Positions 31,927-45,241 of a stretch of 64,000 nt of DNA are shown here, in pieces. Under the pieces are notes generated by a model. The model ran no database searches and was not told where the DNA came from. It saw only the letters and a program-made list of their open reading frames with translations. The position numbers and the translations under genes are program-made. Every line of letters begins with the position of its first letter. The first letter of the stretch is position 1. Source of the stretch: an uncultured Chloroflexia bacterium (GTDB taxonomy: Bacteria; Chloroflexota; Anaerolineae; CG2-30-64-16); the NCBI GenBank assembly GCA_963810095.1, contig CAWEMM010000012.1, forward strand, positions 384,001 through 448,000, written 5' to 3'.

Positions 31927-34002
31927 TTACTCCTTGGCGGCTTCCGCAACGGTAAGCTTGCCCGTCACCGGTTTGGCCGGGCTGACGCGCCCGACGTAGA
32001 CCAGGTACAGATCGTCGGCAGGTGTCGGAATGTCGATGGCCGGGTTGGTGCTGCCCGACTTCGCATCGTCGTTACACCAGACCTGCTTGCTGCCCGTCGC
32101 TACCACCATTAGCGTACTGTCGCCATCGCCGGCAAAGCTAAGGTGCAGGTTGTTCGCGGCGCCACTCCACTTGAAGGCATAGCCCGGCGCCCCATTCACC
32201 AGGCCCGCGCAGCCGTTGTCCGCCGCCGCCGGAATGCGGAAGAGCGGGATATTGCCGTCAGCCGTGACGTCCACGGTGACGTTCGCGCCCGGCTTCAACT
32301 CCGGCGCCGATGCCGTCAGCTTGTCGGCCAGCGCCTTGATGTTGGGCGCCAGCGTAGCCGCTGAAGGTGCGGCCTGCTCGACAGTCTGCGGAACCACCGG
32401 CCGCTTCACCAGCGTGCCGAGGTTGAACGTACCCAGATCGACCGTCGGCTTCGTCGTCATCACCAGCACGCCCGGAATCAGGTTGTCCTTCTGCGCGCTG
32501 CCCACCCAGATGCGGTACTCGCCCGGCGCCGGGTTCTTGACCTCGACGAACGGATCGAGAATCTGGCCCGAGGCGTTGTCGTTACATAGCAGCTCGCCCT
32601 TGGGGGTCAGGACGACCAGCGTGGGATCGCCGTCGCTGTAGAAGAAGGCACGCAGTTGGTCGGCCTTGCCGTTCCATTTGACCGTCGCGACCGGGGACTG
32701 GTTGATGTAGCCCGCGCAGCCCTTTCCCAGCAGGCTCGCGTCGACTCCGCCGCCCGCAAAGGCGCTCATGAAGGTCGGGTCAAGCGGGAAGCCGGCCGAT
32801 AGATCGAGCGTAGCCAGCGAGGTGCGCAGCCGGCGCGCGATGTCGCTCGCCAGGTTGAGCTTCAGCCCTGCCTCACCCCACACGGCCTTGTCGAAGTCGA
32901 CCAGGTTCAGGAAGGTCTTGTCACGCTTGAACGCCAGGACCACCGGCTTGTCGTACTTCGTACCGCCCTTGTCGGTCAGCGTCACGGTCACCGCGCCGTT
33001 GTTTTCCTCCCACTTGCCGCTCTCGACAATGGCCGTGTCTTTCCCGAAGTCCGTCGTGAACTCCGCAGTGCCGTCCGCCTTGAGGCGCATCAGGACCGAG
33101 CGGACCCCACCGCCGCTCGCAGCCCGCTGTAGCGACACGTAGGCCCGATCGCCCTTCGGCAGGATCGCGCCCGCCTTAGCGGCCGCGCCTGCAGCCGGGG
33201 CCGGGGTCGACTGGATGTACCCCGCCATCGCCGCGCCCTGTGCATCACGCAGCGTGAGCGAAGTGCCCTCGATCTTGAACGTGGCGGCATTCCCCAGAGC
33301 GGCGAGGTATGCGGCCTCCTGGTCCATCACCGCCTGGTCGCACGCCTTCATCGTGGACGCCAGCGGCCCGATCTTGATTTTGGCGCCGTCGGCGGTGTAG
33401 GGGCCGCTGTAAGTGTTGCAGCCGCCATTGCCGCTGAGTTGACCCTTGTCGTCAAAGACGGCCGTGACATCTACGCCCGCCATCGCCGATTGGAACCCAC
33501 CGCGGCCGTTGTTGTACATGGTCATCAGCCAGTTCGTGGCGACGAGCGGGGTGCCCTTTGCGCCTTTGTAGGTCAGCACGACGGCGCCGCCCGCGTCAGA
33601 GATCGTGAGTTGCTCGCCGTCGACTTTGTACGTGGCCGCGGCCTGCAGGTTCGCCAGGTACGCCTGTTCCTGGCCCATGACCGGCTCCGCACACATCATC
33701 ATCGTGGAGACGGCTTTGCCAACGGTGAGCTTATTGCCGTCGACCTGGTAGGCTGCCGTGTAGGAGTTGCAGCCTGCCGAACCGGCGACACGCCCACCGG
33801 CAAACTCGGCGCTGACCGTCACGTCGGGAAGCGCCGTGGCGGTTTTGCCCTGGGCGTCCTTGTAGGAAGCAAGCACCCAGCGCACGCCCTCGAGACCGGG
33901 AGCGTTTTGTGTGGCAGCACGCCCCGCCGAGGCCACGGCGGCCGAGGCCACCAGGATCAAGAGTAGAGCGAGAATCGTGATTGGGAGCACACGTTTCTTC
34001 AT
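31927..34002 (-). CDS. Secreted multidomain protein: 2 META (HslJ) domains, a beta-barrel-like domain and 2 repeated GC...CND domains
   Basis: Signal peptide; GSAGCNSY/STMMMC and GNGGCNTY/STMKAC META motifs; repeated GCAG...DPTLVV...CND and GCAG...DSTLMV...CND. Confidence 0.8.
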   Translation of the reverse strand: MKKRVLPITILALLLILVASAAVASAGRAATQNAPGLEGVRWVLASYKDAQGKTATALPDVTVSAEFAGGRVAGSAGCNSYTAAYQVDGNKLTVGKAVSTMMMCAEPVMGQEQAYLANLQAAATYKVDGEQLTISDAGGAVVLTYKGAKGTPLVATNWLMTMYNNGRGGFQSAMAGVDVTAVFDDKGQLSGNGGCNTYSGPYTADGAKIKIGPLASTMKACDQAVMDQEAAYLAALGNAATFKIEGTSLTLRDAQGAAMAGYIQSTPAPAAGAAAKAGAILPKGDRAYVSLQRAASGGGVRSVLMRLKADGTAEFTTDFGKDTAIVESGKWEENNGAVTVTLTDKGGTKYDKPVVLAFKRDKTFLNLVDFDKAVWGEAGLKLNLASDIARRLRTSLATLDLSAGFPLDPTFMSAFAGGGVDASLLGKGCAGYINQSPVATVKWNGKADQLRAFFYSDGDPTLVVLTPKGELLCNDNASGQILDPFVEVKNPAPGEYRIWVGSAQKDNLIPGVLVMTTKPTVDLGTFNLGTLVKRPVVPQTVEQAAPSAATLAPNIKALADKLTASAPELKPGANVTVDVTADGNIPLFRIPAAADNGCAGLVNGAPGYAFKWSGAANNLHLSFAGDGDSTLMVVATGSKQVWCNDDAKSGSTNPAIDIPTPADDLYLVYVGRVSPAKPVTGKLTVAEAAKE

Positions 34003-34239
34003 TGGGGGATCCCCCTCCTATCTACCGGGCCCCTACTGGTCTACGCAAACGAGCCGCGGTTAGTGAAGTATAACCCCAATACCGCTCAGAAATCACCCAA
34101 CAATCGGCTAGGTTTCGTCCAATCGCGGCGAACGAAGCCCGCCCGCCCGGCGGCTGGCATCCCGACTTCTGTGTTCGACACCTGCGCGGTTCAGCTGCGA
34201 TTCGCACGAGCGAAAGGTGTCGAATGCGCTATTCCTCAC

Positions 34240-34268
34240 TGGACAGCGGCGCGCGATTGCCCTACAAT
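34240..34268 (+). promoter_or_regulatory. Sigma70-type promoter of the ECF operon
   Basis: TGGACA-17 nt-TACAAT. Confidence 0.6.
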
Positions 34269-34334
34269 TCCCATGCTTAACACACCGCCGCGCAGGTCTG
34301 TCGCTTGCGCGGTCACTGCAGGAGGAGGAATCGC

Positions 34335-34952
34335 ATGAACCGGAGGTTCAACACGCTCACGCTCGCCCTTATTCCCGTCGCGATTGCGATCAACATCGCG
34401 ATCGGTCAGATCATCGTCCTCCTCAAGCTGCCGATCTACCTCGATTCGATCGGTACGGTGCTGGTTGCCCTGCTTGCCGGGCCGATCGCGGGCCTGGTTA
34501 CGGGAGCACTCTCGAATCTGATCTGGGGCTTGTCGGGGCTGAATCCGACCTATGCCCCGTTCTTCTACGTGGCAGGCGTGATCGGGCTTCTGGCGGGCCT
34601 GTTCGCCAAGTGGGGCTGGGCGCGGAAGATCTGGATGTGGGCACTTGCCGGCCTGATCACGGGGTTGGTGGCTGCGGTTATTTCGGCGCCGACCGCGGCC
34701 GTGGTGTTCGGCGGAGTGACCGGCGCAGGGACGGATCTGATCGTCGCCGCGCTGCGGGCCTCGGGCGCAGGGATCATGCAGGCGACGTTTGGCCAGGGAC
34801 TGGTTTCTGACCCGCTGGACAAGCTCGCCAGCTTCCTGATCGTGTACTTGATCGTGCTTGCACTGCCGCTGCGGCTGCGGGTGCGGTTCCCGATGGCCGA
34901 GTACCTGCCGGGCACAACCGAGACGACCAACGCGACGGGGACCCGCTCGTAG
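34335..34952 (+). CDS. ECF transporter S component (QrtT/STY3230-like)
   Basis: AIAINI...LKLPIYLDSIGT...FGGVTGAGTD...DK; GGAGGAGG SD. Confidence 0.82.
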   Translation: MNRRFNTLTLALIPVAIAINIAIGQIIVLLKLPIYLDSIGTVLVALLAGPIAGLVTGALSNLIWGLSGLNPTYAPFFYVAGVIGLLAGLFAKWGWARKIWMWALAGLITGLVAAVISAPTAAVVFGGVTGAGTDLIVAALRASGAGIMQATFGQGLVSDPLDKLASFLIVYLIVLALPLRLRVRFPMAEYLPGTTETTNATGTRS

Positions 34953-34994
34953 CGCCTCGCTCGTCCGTGATCCAGGATCAACGCCAACCGTCCC

Positions 34995-35780
34995 ATGGCG
35001 AACGCATTTAGCCTGTACGCACCCAGGCAAAGCGGCCTGCACCGCCTGCATCCCCTGACGATGCTGGCGGTTGTCGCGTTCTGCCTGGTTGCCGCGCTGG
35101 CGCTGCCGGGCCCGTGGGGGCCCTACGTCGTCTTTCTTCTCATCCTGCTGCCCCTGGCCGCGTGGGGCCAGGTCCTGCCGAACCTGGTCTCGTCGGCGCT
35201 CAAGATCACGATCCCGTTCGCGATCTCGGTGTTCCTGATCCAGGGCCTGTTCTGGACGAATGGAACCCCCGTACTGTATATCGGGCCGTTCTCGCTCAAA
35301 AGCGAAGGGCTCCTGTTTGCGGCCCAGAGCACCGGCCGCATTCTTGCCATCGTCGGCAGCTTCCTGTTGCTCTCGCTGACCACCCGCCCGGATGCCCTGA
35401 TGATCGCGCTCGACCAGCGGGGCGCACCGAAGGCGCTGACCTACATTGTGCTCGCCACCATCCAAATCGCCCCCCGGTTCCAGGCGAAGGCCAACACCAT
35501 CCTCGACGCGCAGCGGGCGCGCGGGCTGGAGACCGAGGGCGGCGTGGGCCGGCGCATCCGCGCCCTGCTGCCGCTCGTCGTCCCACTGGTGCTGGGCAGC
35601 ATCATCGACATCGAGGAGCGCGCCATGGCGCTGGATGCCCGGGCGTTTTCGCGTGCGGGCGCCAAGACCAGCCTGCTCGTGCTGCATGACTCGACCGCGC
35701 AGCGCGTTACCCGCATCCTGCTCGTGCTGGGCGCCGTGGCTTCCGTCGCGGTGGGCATCTGGCTGAGGCGGGTGCTGTGA
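34995..35780 (+). CDS. ECF transporter T component
   Basis: LHRLHPLT, AQRARG and ALDARAF coupling motifs. Confidence 0.9.
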   Translation: MANAFSLYAPRQSGLHRLHPLTMLAVVAFCLVAALALPGPWGPYVVFLLILLPLAAWGQVLPNLVSSALKITIPFAISVFLIQGLFWTNGTPVLYIGPFSLKSEGLLFAAQSTGRILAIVGSFLLLSLTTRPDALMIALDQRGAPKALTYIVLATIQIAPRFQAKANTILDAQRARGLETEGGVGRRIRALLPLVVPLVLGSIIDIEERAMALDARAFSRAGAKTSLLVLHDSTAQRVTRILLVLGAVASVAVGIWLRRVL

Positions 35781-36706
35781 ATCATCCTCCTCCGACACCC
35801 GCTGGCGCACCCGCGATCGTGGTCCGTGACTTCACGTACACGTACCCCGCCTCACGGCGGCCGGCGGTCTGCGAGATCAACCTCGAACTGGCCGGAGGTC
35901 AGTTCCTCGGCATTGCGGGGGCCAATCTCGCCGGAAAATCGACGCTCTGCTATGCGCTATCCGGCTTCATCCCGGATTTTTACAACGGCACCGTCGCAGG
36001 CGAAGTCCGGGTTGCGGGCCATGACCTGATTCACACGCCGCTGGCCGAACTGGCGGGCGAGATCGCGCTGGTCTTTGCGAACCCCTTCAACCAGATCACG
36101 GGCGCGCGCTTCACCGTACGGGAGGAGTTGGCGTTCGGGCTGGAGAATATGGGCTGCCCGCGCGAGGAGATGCTGCCACGCATCGACGAAGCCCTGCGCC
36201 TCACCGGGCTGGCAGACCTGGCCGAACGGTCGCCCTATGCTCTTTCCGGCGGCCAGCAGCAGCGGTTGGCCATCGCGTCCGTCATGGTGATGCGGCCAAA
36301 AGTGCTCGTGCTCGACGAGCCCACCTCGCAGCTGGACCCAGTGGGCACGCGGGAAGTGTTCGAGACGCTGGACGGCCTCACGAAGTCGGGCATGACCGTG
36401 GTGTTGGCCGAACACAAGCTGGAATGGATGGCGGTGCATGCCGATCGTGTGCTCGTGCTGCACGAGGGCAAGATCGTGAAAGACGGCCCCCCGCGCGAGG
36501 TGCTGGCATCGCCCGACCTGGTGCAATACGGCCTGGCGCCCACCCGCTACACACAGGCGGCCCTCCTGGCGGTGGAGCAAGGGCTGGCGCCTGCCAACCA
36601 CCTGCTGCCGGTGACGCTCGATGAGGCGATAGCCTTCTTTGGCGGGACAGTCTCCGCGGCCCCTGCCGGCAACGCCGGCTCAATCTCCTCGGGTGATGGC
36701 GCATGA
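35777..36706 (+). CDS. ECF transporter ATPase A
   Basis: GANLAGKST, LSGGQQQR, LDEPTSQLD. Confidence 0.92.
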   Translation: MNHPPPTPAGAPAIVVRDFTYTYPASRRPAVCEINLELAGGQFLGIAGANLAGKSTLCYALSGFIPDFYNGTVAGEVRVAGHDLIHTPLAELAGEIALVFANPFNQITGARFTVREELAFGLENMGCPREEMLPRIDEALRLTGLADLAERSPYALSGGQQQRLAIASVMVMRPKVLVLDEPTSQLDPVGTREVFETLDGLTKSGMTVVLAEHKLEWMAVHADRVLVLHEGKIVKDGPPREVLASPDLVQYGLAPTRYTQAALLAVEQGLAPANHLLPVTLDEAIAFFGGTVSAAPAGNAGSISSGDGA

Positions 36707-37509
36707 ACATCACCGTCACCGGCCTGACCTTTACCTATCCATCCGGTGTCGAGGCACTGCAAGGGGTGACGCTGACGATCCAACCCGGCGAGGCGGTGGC
36801 GATCGTCGGGGAAAACGGCGCGGGCAAGACAACCCTCGTAAAGCACTTCAACGGGCTGCTGCGCCCGAGCGGGGGCAGCGTTGTCGTGGGCGAGTGGGAC
36901 ACCTGCAACTACTCCGTCGCCAAGCTTGCATCACGAGTTGGGTACGTGTTCCAAAACCCAGACGACCAGCTCTTCGAACGCACGGTGATCAAAGAAGTCA
37001 GTTTTGGGCCGCGCAACCTGGGCCGCAGCGACGCCGAGAGCCGGGCGGCCGGGCTCGAAGCGCTGGCGGCCGTGGGCCTGCAGGGTCGCGAGGCGACCCA
37101 TCCCTACGACCTGCACCTGTCGCAGCGCAAGCTGCTCGCGCTGGCAGCCGTCCTCGCTATGCGCACGCCCGTCATCGTGCTCGACGAGCCAACCACCGGG
37201 CAAGACGCCGCGGGGCTCGCCACGATCGGGGGCATCGTCGAGCAACTCAAGACCGAGCGACGAACGGTCGTCACCATCACGCATGACATCGACTTTGCAG
37301 CCGAGCACTTCGAGCGGGTGATCGTGATGGCCCGGGCCAAGGTGCTCGCCGACGGGCCCGCGACCGGCGTGCTGAGCCGGGAAGACGTGCTCCATGCGGC
37401 GGAGGTTGAGGCCCCACAACTCGCCCGCCTCGCCCGCGCCCTAGGTCTCGAGGGCACGCCGCTGACACCCGCAAATTTCGTAGCGCGAATGGGACGCAGA
37501 TTGAACTGA
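36703..37509 (+). CDS. ECF transporter ATPase A'
   Basis: GENGAGKT, FQNPDDQ, LDEPTTGQD, THD. Confidence 0.92.
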   Translation: MNITVTGLTFTYPSGVEALQGVTLTIQPGEAVAIVGENGAGKTTLVKHFNGLLRPSGGSVVVGEWDTCNYSVAKLASRVGYVFQNPDDQLFERTVIKEVSFGPRNLGRSDAESRAAGLEALAAVGLQGREATHPYDLHLSQRKLLALAAVLAMRTPVIVLDEPTTGQDAAGLATIGGIVEQLKTERRTVVTITHDIDFAAEHFERVIVMARAKVLADGPATGVLSREDVLHAAEVEAPQLARLARALGLEGTPLTPANFVARMGRRLN

Positions 37510-37593
37510 TCGAACTGATTGCAACTGATCTTCCCGGAGAGAGACACCCATCATCGGTTCAGATCTGTCAGGTCAGTCCAAGCTGCGTCCCAT
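37489..37593. repeat. MITE/REP-like element, CTGATTGAA family, copy 3 (supplies the stop codon of ATPase A')
   Basis: ATGGGACGCAG...CTGCGTCCCAT terminal IR; AACTGAT repeated three times. Confidence 0.65.
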
Positions 37594-37616
37594 CCTGACT
37601 CCTGTAAGGAGCGAAC

Positions 37617-38582
37617 ATGCCTGCACCCGTCGTCGTGATTGCCGACCTGATCGCCGACCTGGCGATGCACATCCCCGCGTTCCCCGTCCAGGCCACCGAC
37701 CTGACCGGCGTCACTTACCTGCAGCTGGGCCCGGGCGGCTCGTGCAACACCGCAATCATGGCCGCTCGCATGGGCCTGCCCGTCATGTGCCTGGGCGAGT
37801 TGGGGTACGATGCATTCGGAGAGGCGGTGCTCGAAGGGCTCCAGGGCGAAGGCATCGACTGCGATCAGATCATCGTCAGCCCGGCCGTGCGCACCCCCGT
37901 AGCAGGCGTTATCGTCGATGGTGCAGGAGAACCCGCGTACCTCGGTTACCGGGGCGAGCTGCGCGTTCGCAGCCTGCCGAGCCCCTGGCGCGACGAGATT
38001 CGCGGGGCGTGTGCCCTCTTCGCCGACGGCTGGGCCGAGAACGAGGGGGTTGGCCGGCTGGTGCTCGAGGCGTTCCAGGAGGCGGCCGCCGCGAATATCC
38101 CCAGCTTCTTCGATCCCGGCCCCGGCAACCCCGCCGTCGACAATGACTGGCACAAGGACGTCGTGCGGCTGGCGCACGTAGTGCTGGCCAACGAGAAGGA
38201 GGCGGTCCGGCTGACAGGCGCATCCGATGCCTTGAGCGCGGGGCAGGCGTTTATCGAGAGCGGCGTCAAGCTTGCCGTCGTAAAGCGCGACGTGGCGGGG
38301 TGTTTGCTCGTAACCAGGGAACAGTTCGAGATCGCACCCGGTTACCCGGTGCCCGTGGTGGATGCGACGGGCGCGGGCGACAGCCTGGCGGCCGGGATCA
38401 TCTTCGGCCATCTCAACGGCCTCTCGCTCCCTAACCTGGGGGTGCTGGCGAACGCGATTGGCGCGGCCAAGGTGCAGAAGCGGGGCACCGGCTTGAACGT
38501 GCCCACCCGTGCCGAGGTGCAAGCCGTGCTGGTCCGGTTCGGCGAGGACGCCGAGATCATCAACGCAAAGGGGAACTGTTAG
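37617..38582 (+). CDS. PfkB-family carbohydrate/nucleoside kinase
   Basis: GGSCNTA, DAFG, FDPGP, NEKE, DATGAGD. Confidence 0.88.
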   Translation: MPAPVVVIADLIADLAMHIPAFPVQATDLTGVTYLQLGPGGSCNTAIMAARMGLPVMCLGELGYDAFGEAVLEGLQGEGIDCDQIIVSPAVRTPVAGVIVDGAGEPAYLGYRGELRVRSLPSPWRDEIRGACALFADGWAENEGVGRLVLEAFQEAAAANIPSFFDPGPGNPAVDNDWHKDVVRLAHVVLANEKEAVRLTGASDALSAGQAFIESGVKLAVVKRDVAGCLLVTREQFEIAPGYPVPVVDATGAGDSLAAGIIFGHLNGLSLPNLGVLANAIGAAKVQKRGTGLNVPTRAEVQAVLVRFGEDAEIINAKGNC

Positions 38583-38584
38583 CC

Positions 38585-39208
38585 ATGACGATGGATGGCC
38601 CTGACGAGGTCGCGGGTGTGCGACGTGTGTTTCAGCAGTACCAGGACTTTTACACGGCCCGGGAGCGTGCGAATGTGGACGCCTGCATGGACTTGTTCAC
38701 GGCGGACCCTGAGGTCGAAGTGATCGGGACGGGTGCGATCGTTCACGGGACGGACGAGTGGTGCGACGGGCCCGAGTTGGTGCGCCAGCTAACCGAGGGT
38801 GACTGGGAGGGATGGGGCGACGTGCGCTTTGATGTCGACGGCGCCCACGTGCACGTGCGCGGCGACGTTGCCTGGCTCGCCACCACTGCCACAGTCACCA
38901 CCACGTACCCCGTCGAGGATAACCTACGGCAGGCGGTGGCCCGCGCCAAGCAAGTGCTCGACGCGCCGGGCGACGACGAGAGCCGCCTGCGCGAGATGTT
39001 GATGTGGGCGACGACTGCGCTGCACGAAGCCGGTCGTGGCGAGGTCTACATCTGGCCCATTCGCTTCACCGCAGTGCTGGTCCGCGAGACGGGTGGGTGG
39101 AAGTTCCACCAGGCGCACTTATCCTTCCCCACGCTCCGCTTTCCCCACGAGCGCTGGACCGAATCGTCCAGGTCGTCCTCACACCGGGTCGACGCCACGG
39201 CGGAATAG
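38585..39208 (+). CDS. SnoaL/NTF2-like domain protein
   Basis: VIGTG, GDVAW, RFTAVLVRETGGWKFHQAHLSFP. Confidence 0.75.
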   Translation: MTMDGPDEVAGVRRVFQQYQDFYTARERANVDACMDLFTADPEVEVIGTGAIVHGTDEWCDGPELVRQLTEGDWEGWGDVRFDVDGAHVHVRGDVAWLATTATVTTTYPVEDNLRQAVARAKQVLDAPGDDESRLREMLMWATTALHEAGRGEVYIWPIRFTAVLVRETGGWKFHQAHLSFPTLRFPHERWTESSRSSSHRVDATAE

Positions 39209-39310
39209 AAAGCGGGCGCAGGTAGACGGTGCGGCGCTGGATTGACGGGACGGTCTAGGACGGTGCGCGAAATCCCGTCAATCCATCCGGTCCGCGTTTG
39301 TCTGGTCCCA

Positions 39311-40354
39311 TTACTTCACGGCCCGAATCAGCGCGTTGACGCCGAGCGGTTCGTACTCGAAGGTCAGGCTGTCTGCACCGAACGGCGTCTGCGCGAACAG
39401 CTCGCGACACTCGCTCTCGCTGCGGTACTTCCATTCCGGCCCCAGCATCCACTCCCGAATCATTCGCTCGGCGACGGGGAGCGGGCCAGGAGCCGATCCC
39501 AGCAGCAGCACCCCGCCAGGCCGCAGCGCCCGGAACCCGGCCTGCAGGAAACGCGGGATGCGATTGTCCGGGAGCTGTTGCAACAGCGACTCGGCGTAGA
39601 GGATGGACACGGACTCCCGCGGACACTCGGGCCCGTCCAGCCACTGTAGCGGATCGGCCATCCGGCAGCGGACGCGACTGCCGAACGCGGGCTTGAGCGT
39701 CTGCTCGGCATTGCGCACCGCCTCGCGGCTCTTGTCCATGCAAATCAGCCGGCCTGCTCCGCTCGTTGCCATCACGCTTGCCAGCGGCAAAAGATCGTAG
39801 CCGCCGATGTACTGAAGGCTGACGAAGTCCATCGGCTGCTCGCGGGACGAGAGCAACCGGCTCGCTTCGGCGGGCAGGCGGCGACCAAGCAACTCCACCC
39901 AGCTGACGTAGGCTTCGCCTATACGATTGTGGACAAAGTAATCGTCGATCAAGCGCGCCGCCGGGTCGGCGCCCGCCGAGAGCCCGGCTCGGAGGTGCTT
40001 CACGAGCTCGTAGCGCGACGGCCGGTGGCGTTTGTCGTGGGCAACGAAACTTGTCGTCGGGCTCCCGACAGAAATCTCATAAACCCGTTCCAACACGAGG
40101 CTTTGCCCGGCGGCCACCCTCTCCGGCGTAGGTCGGGTGTCCATGAACTCCTGAATTGCCAGACCCAGTCTTTCCATCGCACCGTAGACCTCGGACCGGT
40201 GGCGCTCGATGGCCGCGTCGGCGACGCGCGGCGTCCCCGGCCCGACCTCGTCGGTGATCAGCCGGAGGAGATCGCCCACTGCCTGCAGCTTTTCGGCGAT
40301 TGCGCTGAGATCGCGTTCGGGCATCATGTGCTGGGGCGCACCGGCCTCACTCAT
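39311..40354 (-). CDS. Methyltransferase-fold protein, divergent PhcB-like
   Basis: C-terminal ILYAESLLQQL...LRPGGVLLLG...WKYRSESE; SAM motif I degenerate (VSLQYIGG). Confidence 0.6.
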   Translation of the reverse strand: MSEAGAPQHMMPERDLSAIAEKLQAVGDLLRLITDEVGPGTPRVADAAIERHRSEVYGAMERLGLAIQEFMDTRPTPERVAAGQSLVLERVYEISVGSPTTSFVAHDKRHRPSRYELVKHLRAGLSAGADPAARLIDDYFVHNRIGEAYVSWVELLGRRLPAEASRLLSSREQPMDFVSLQYIGGYDLLPLASVMATSGAGRLICMDKSREAVRNAEQTLKPAFGSRVRCRMADPLQWLDGPECPRESVSILYAESLLQQLPDNRIPRFLQAGFRALRPGGVLLLGSAPGPLPVAERMIREWMLGPEWKYRSESECRELFAQTPFGADSLTFEYEPLGVNALIRAVK

Positions 40355-41434
40355 ACAGACCTCCCGACCGCGCGCCGCGCTGAGATAACCACCGTATCCG
40401 CCTGGAGCGCTCGAATCTGGCTAGCGGCCAAGTCAAACGGTGAACCCGAGAGCAGCGACCGCCACATCTCCTCGTCCAGGTAATGCCACTCCATGCCGAC
40501 AAATGCCGTCGCCAGCGCGCGGGTGGCGCGCGGCAAGGTTGGAAGATAGCTGCCGGCGAGCAGTACACCCCCTGGCTTCAGGAATGCAGCGAGCTGCCGA
40601 GTGAACACCTGGGCGGCATCGAGCGAAAGCACATCGTACTGCGTCACACCATAGACGATATCGAAGGGTCGAGTGGGCCGGCCGGGATGGGTTGACAAGT
40701 GGGCGGGGGCCGCTCGAAGGACGCCGGCTCTGATTCCTACGTGGTCTTCCAAACCCTGCCGGGCATGGCGCAGCGCGTGGGTGTCGGAATCGACGATCAA
40801 CACCGACAAGTGGCATGCGAGGTTGCGGTCTGTGAGCGCACTGCCCACGTTGAGCAGGCTGCTCGCGCCCAGGAACATGACCCGCAGTTCCCGGGGCTGC
40901 TCTCTGCACCGGCTCGTCACTTCGTCGTGCAGCATCTGCACCATTGCCTCAGCACGGGCGCGAAGGGCAATCGCGCCGGGACCGCGCTGGTAGAAGTCGT
41001 CCAGGAGCAGCGTCGGAATGTCGAACCCGGCCGGCCGGCCGTCGATCAGCAGGCCGTGCAATTCCGCCGCCTCAGCCTTCGTGGCTGCCCAACTCTCGGC
41101 CCTGCGGAACACGGGCAAGGCGCGGGAAGGGGTGAGCACCGGCTCGAGGATGTGGGAACGGAGCAAGCCGAGGTCGACGGCGCCGCCGGGCGCATCCAGA
41201 AAATCGGCGAGCGACTGTCCCAAGGCGACCATGGCCGCAGTGAGCGGCTCGCGATACTTGTCCACCACGCGCTTCCGCACATCGAACGGATGAATGCCCG
41301 CATCATCACGCGCCGCATGGAGGACGCGGCAGAACGGCCGCGACCTGCGCATGTAAGGCCGCGGCCTGTTCCGCGTCTGGAACTCGACCGTTCGGAGACG
41401 GCGCACCGTCCTGAACTGAACTGCTGTGAGGCAT
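40351..41434 (-). CDS. Methyltransferase-fold protein, divergent PhcB-like paralogue (probable frameshift near 41333)
   Basis: FDIVYGVTQYDVL...LKPGGVLLAG...EWHYLDE. The N-terminus from ATG 41434 in another frame (QAAALHAQVAAV-CRVL) aligns with the paralogue's DLSAIAEKLQAVGDLL. Confidence 0.6.
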
Positions 41435-41549
41435 TCTGGCGCTCGTGACGACAGGGCACGACAGGTTCCGGCTCGTGCCGGCCGCAACAGGATTTCCGCT
41501 ATGTCTACATGAACGCCATTGCAGCCGATATTACGCTACCTCCTGTGAG

Positions 41550-44792
<3,243 letters not shown>

Positions 44793-45241
44793 GGACGTGC
44801 TCCTTAGACAAAGGGACCTCTGTATACGACAAGACATGCGGGACGGAGGACCATGCGCCACGGTCGGCGGCGCTGCCGCGCGGCAAGTTGCCGCTCACAT
44901 AAGTGTACCATACAACCTGGACGCGACGAATTCTGGCAGCGCCACGCGCAGGCTTCGGACCAGGCAGGCACGCCCCGTCCTCGCGGGGCTGACTTGCGAG
45001 AGGGAGATCCCGGAGGTACGACGAGAGGTCGGGAAGAGCACCCGGAGCTCGGGCTGCCTTCGAATTTCCTGCCGCGGAACACCGAGGGTTGAATGCTGCG
45101 GCGGCCGGTGTATGATGGGGGTAGCACTGTCTGAAGACGCTTTTCTGGAGGCTAGTGAAGGATGAACGCAGTCGTCCACGGCGGCACCGTAGTTGCCGCC
45201 ACACACGGCCCTTGCTGCCGTTCTGCAGCGGGGCTTGACCG

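Noticed and set aside
44793-45090. Glycine or ZTP riboswitch upstream of glyA-gcvT
   Set aside because: No consensus aptamer elements seen, and a TG-extended -10 (TGGTACACT) leaves only a short leader. An Rfam scan would settle it.
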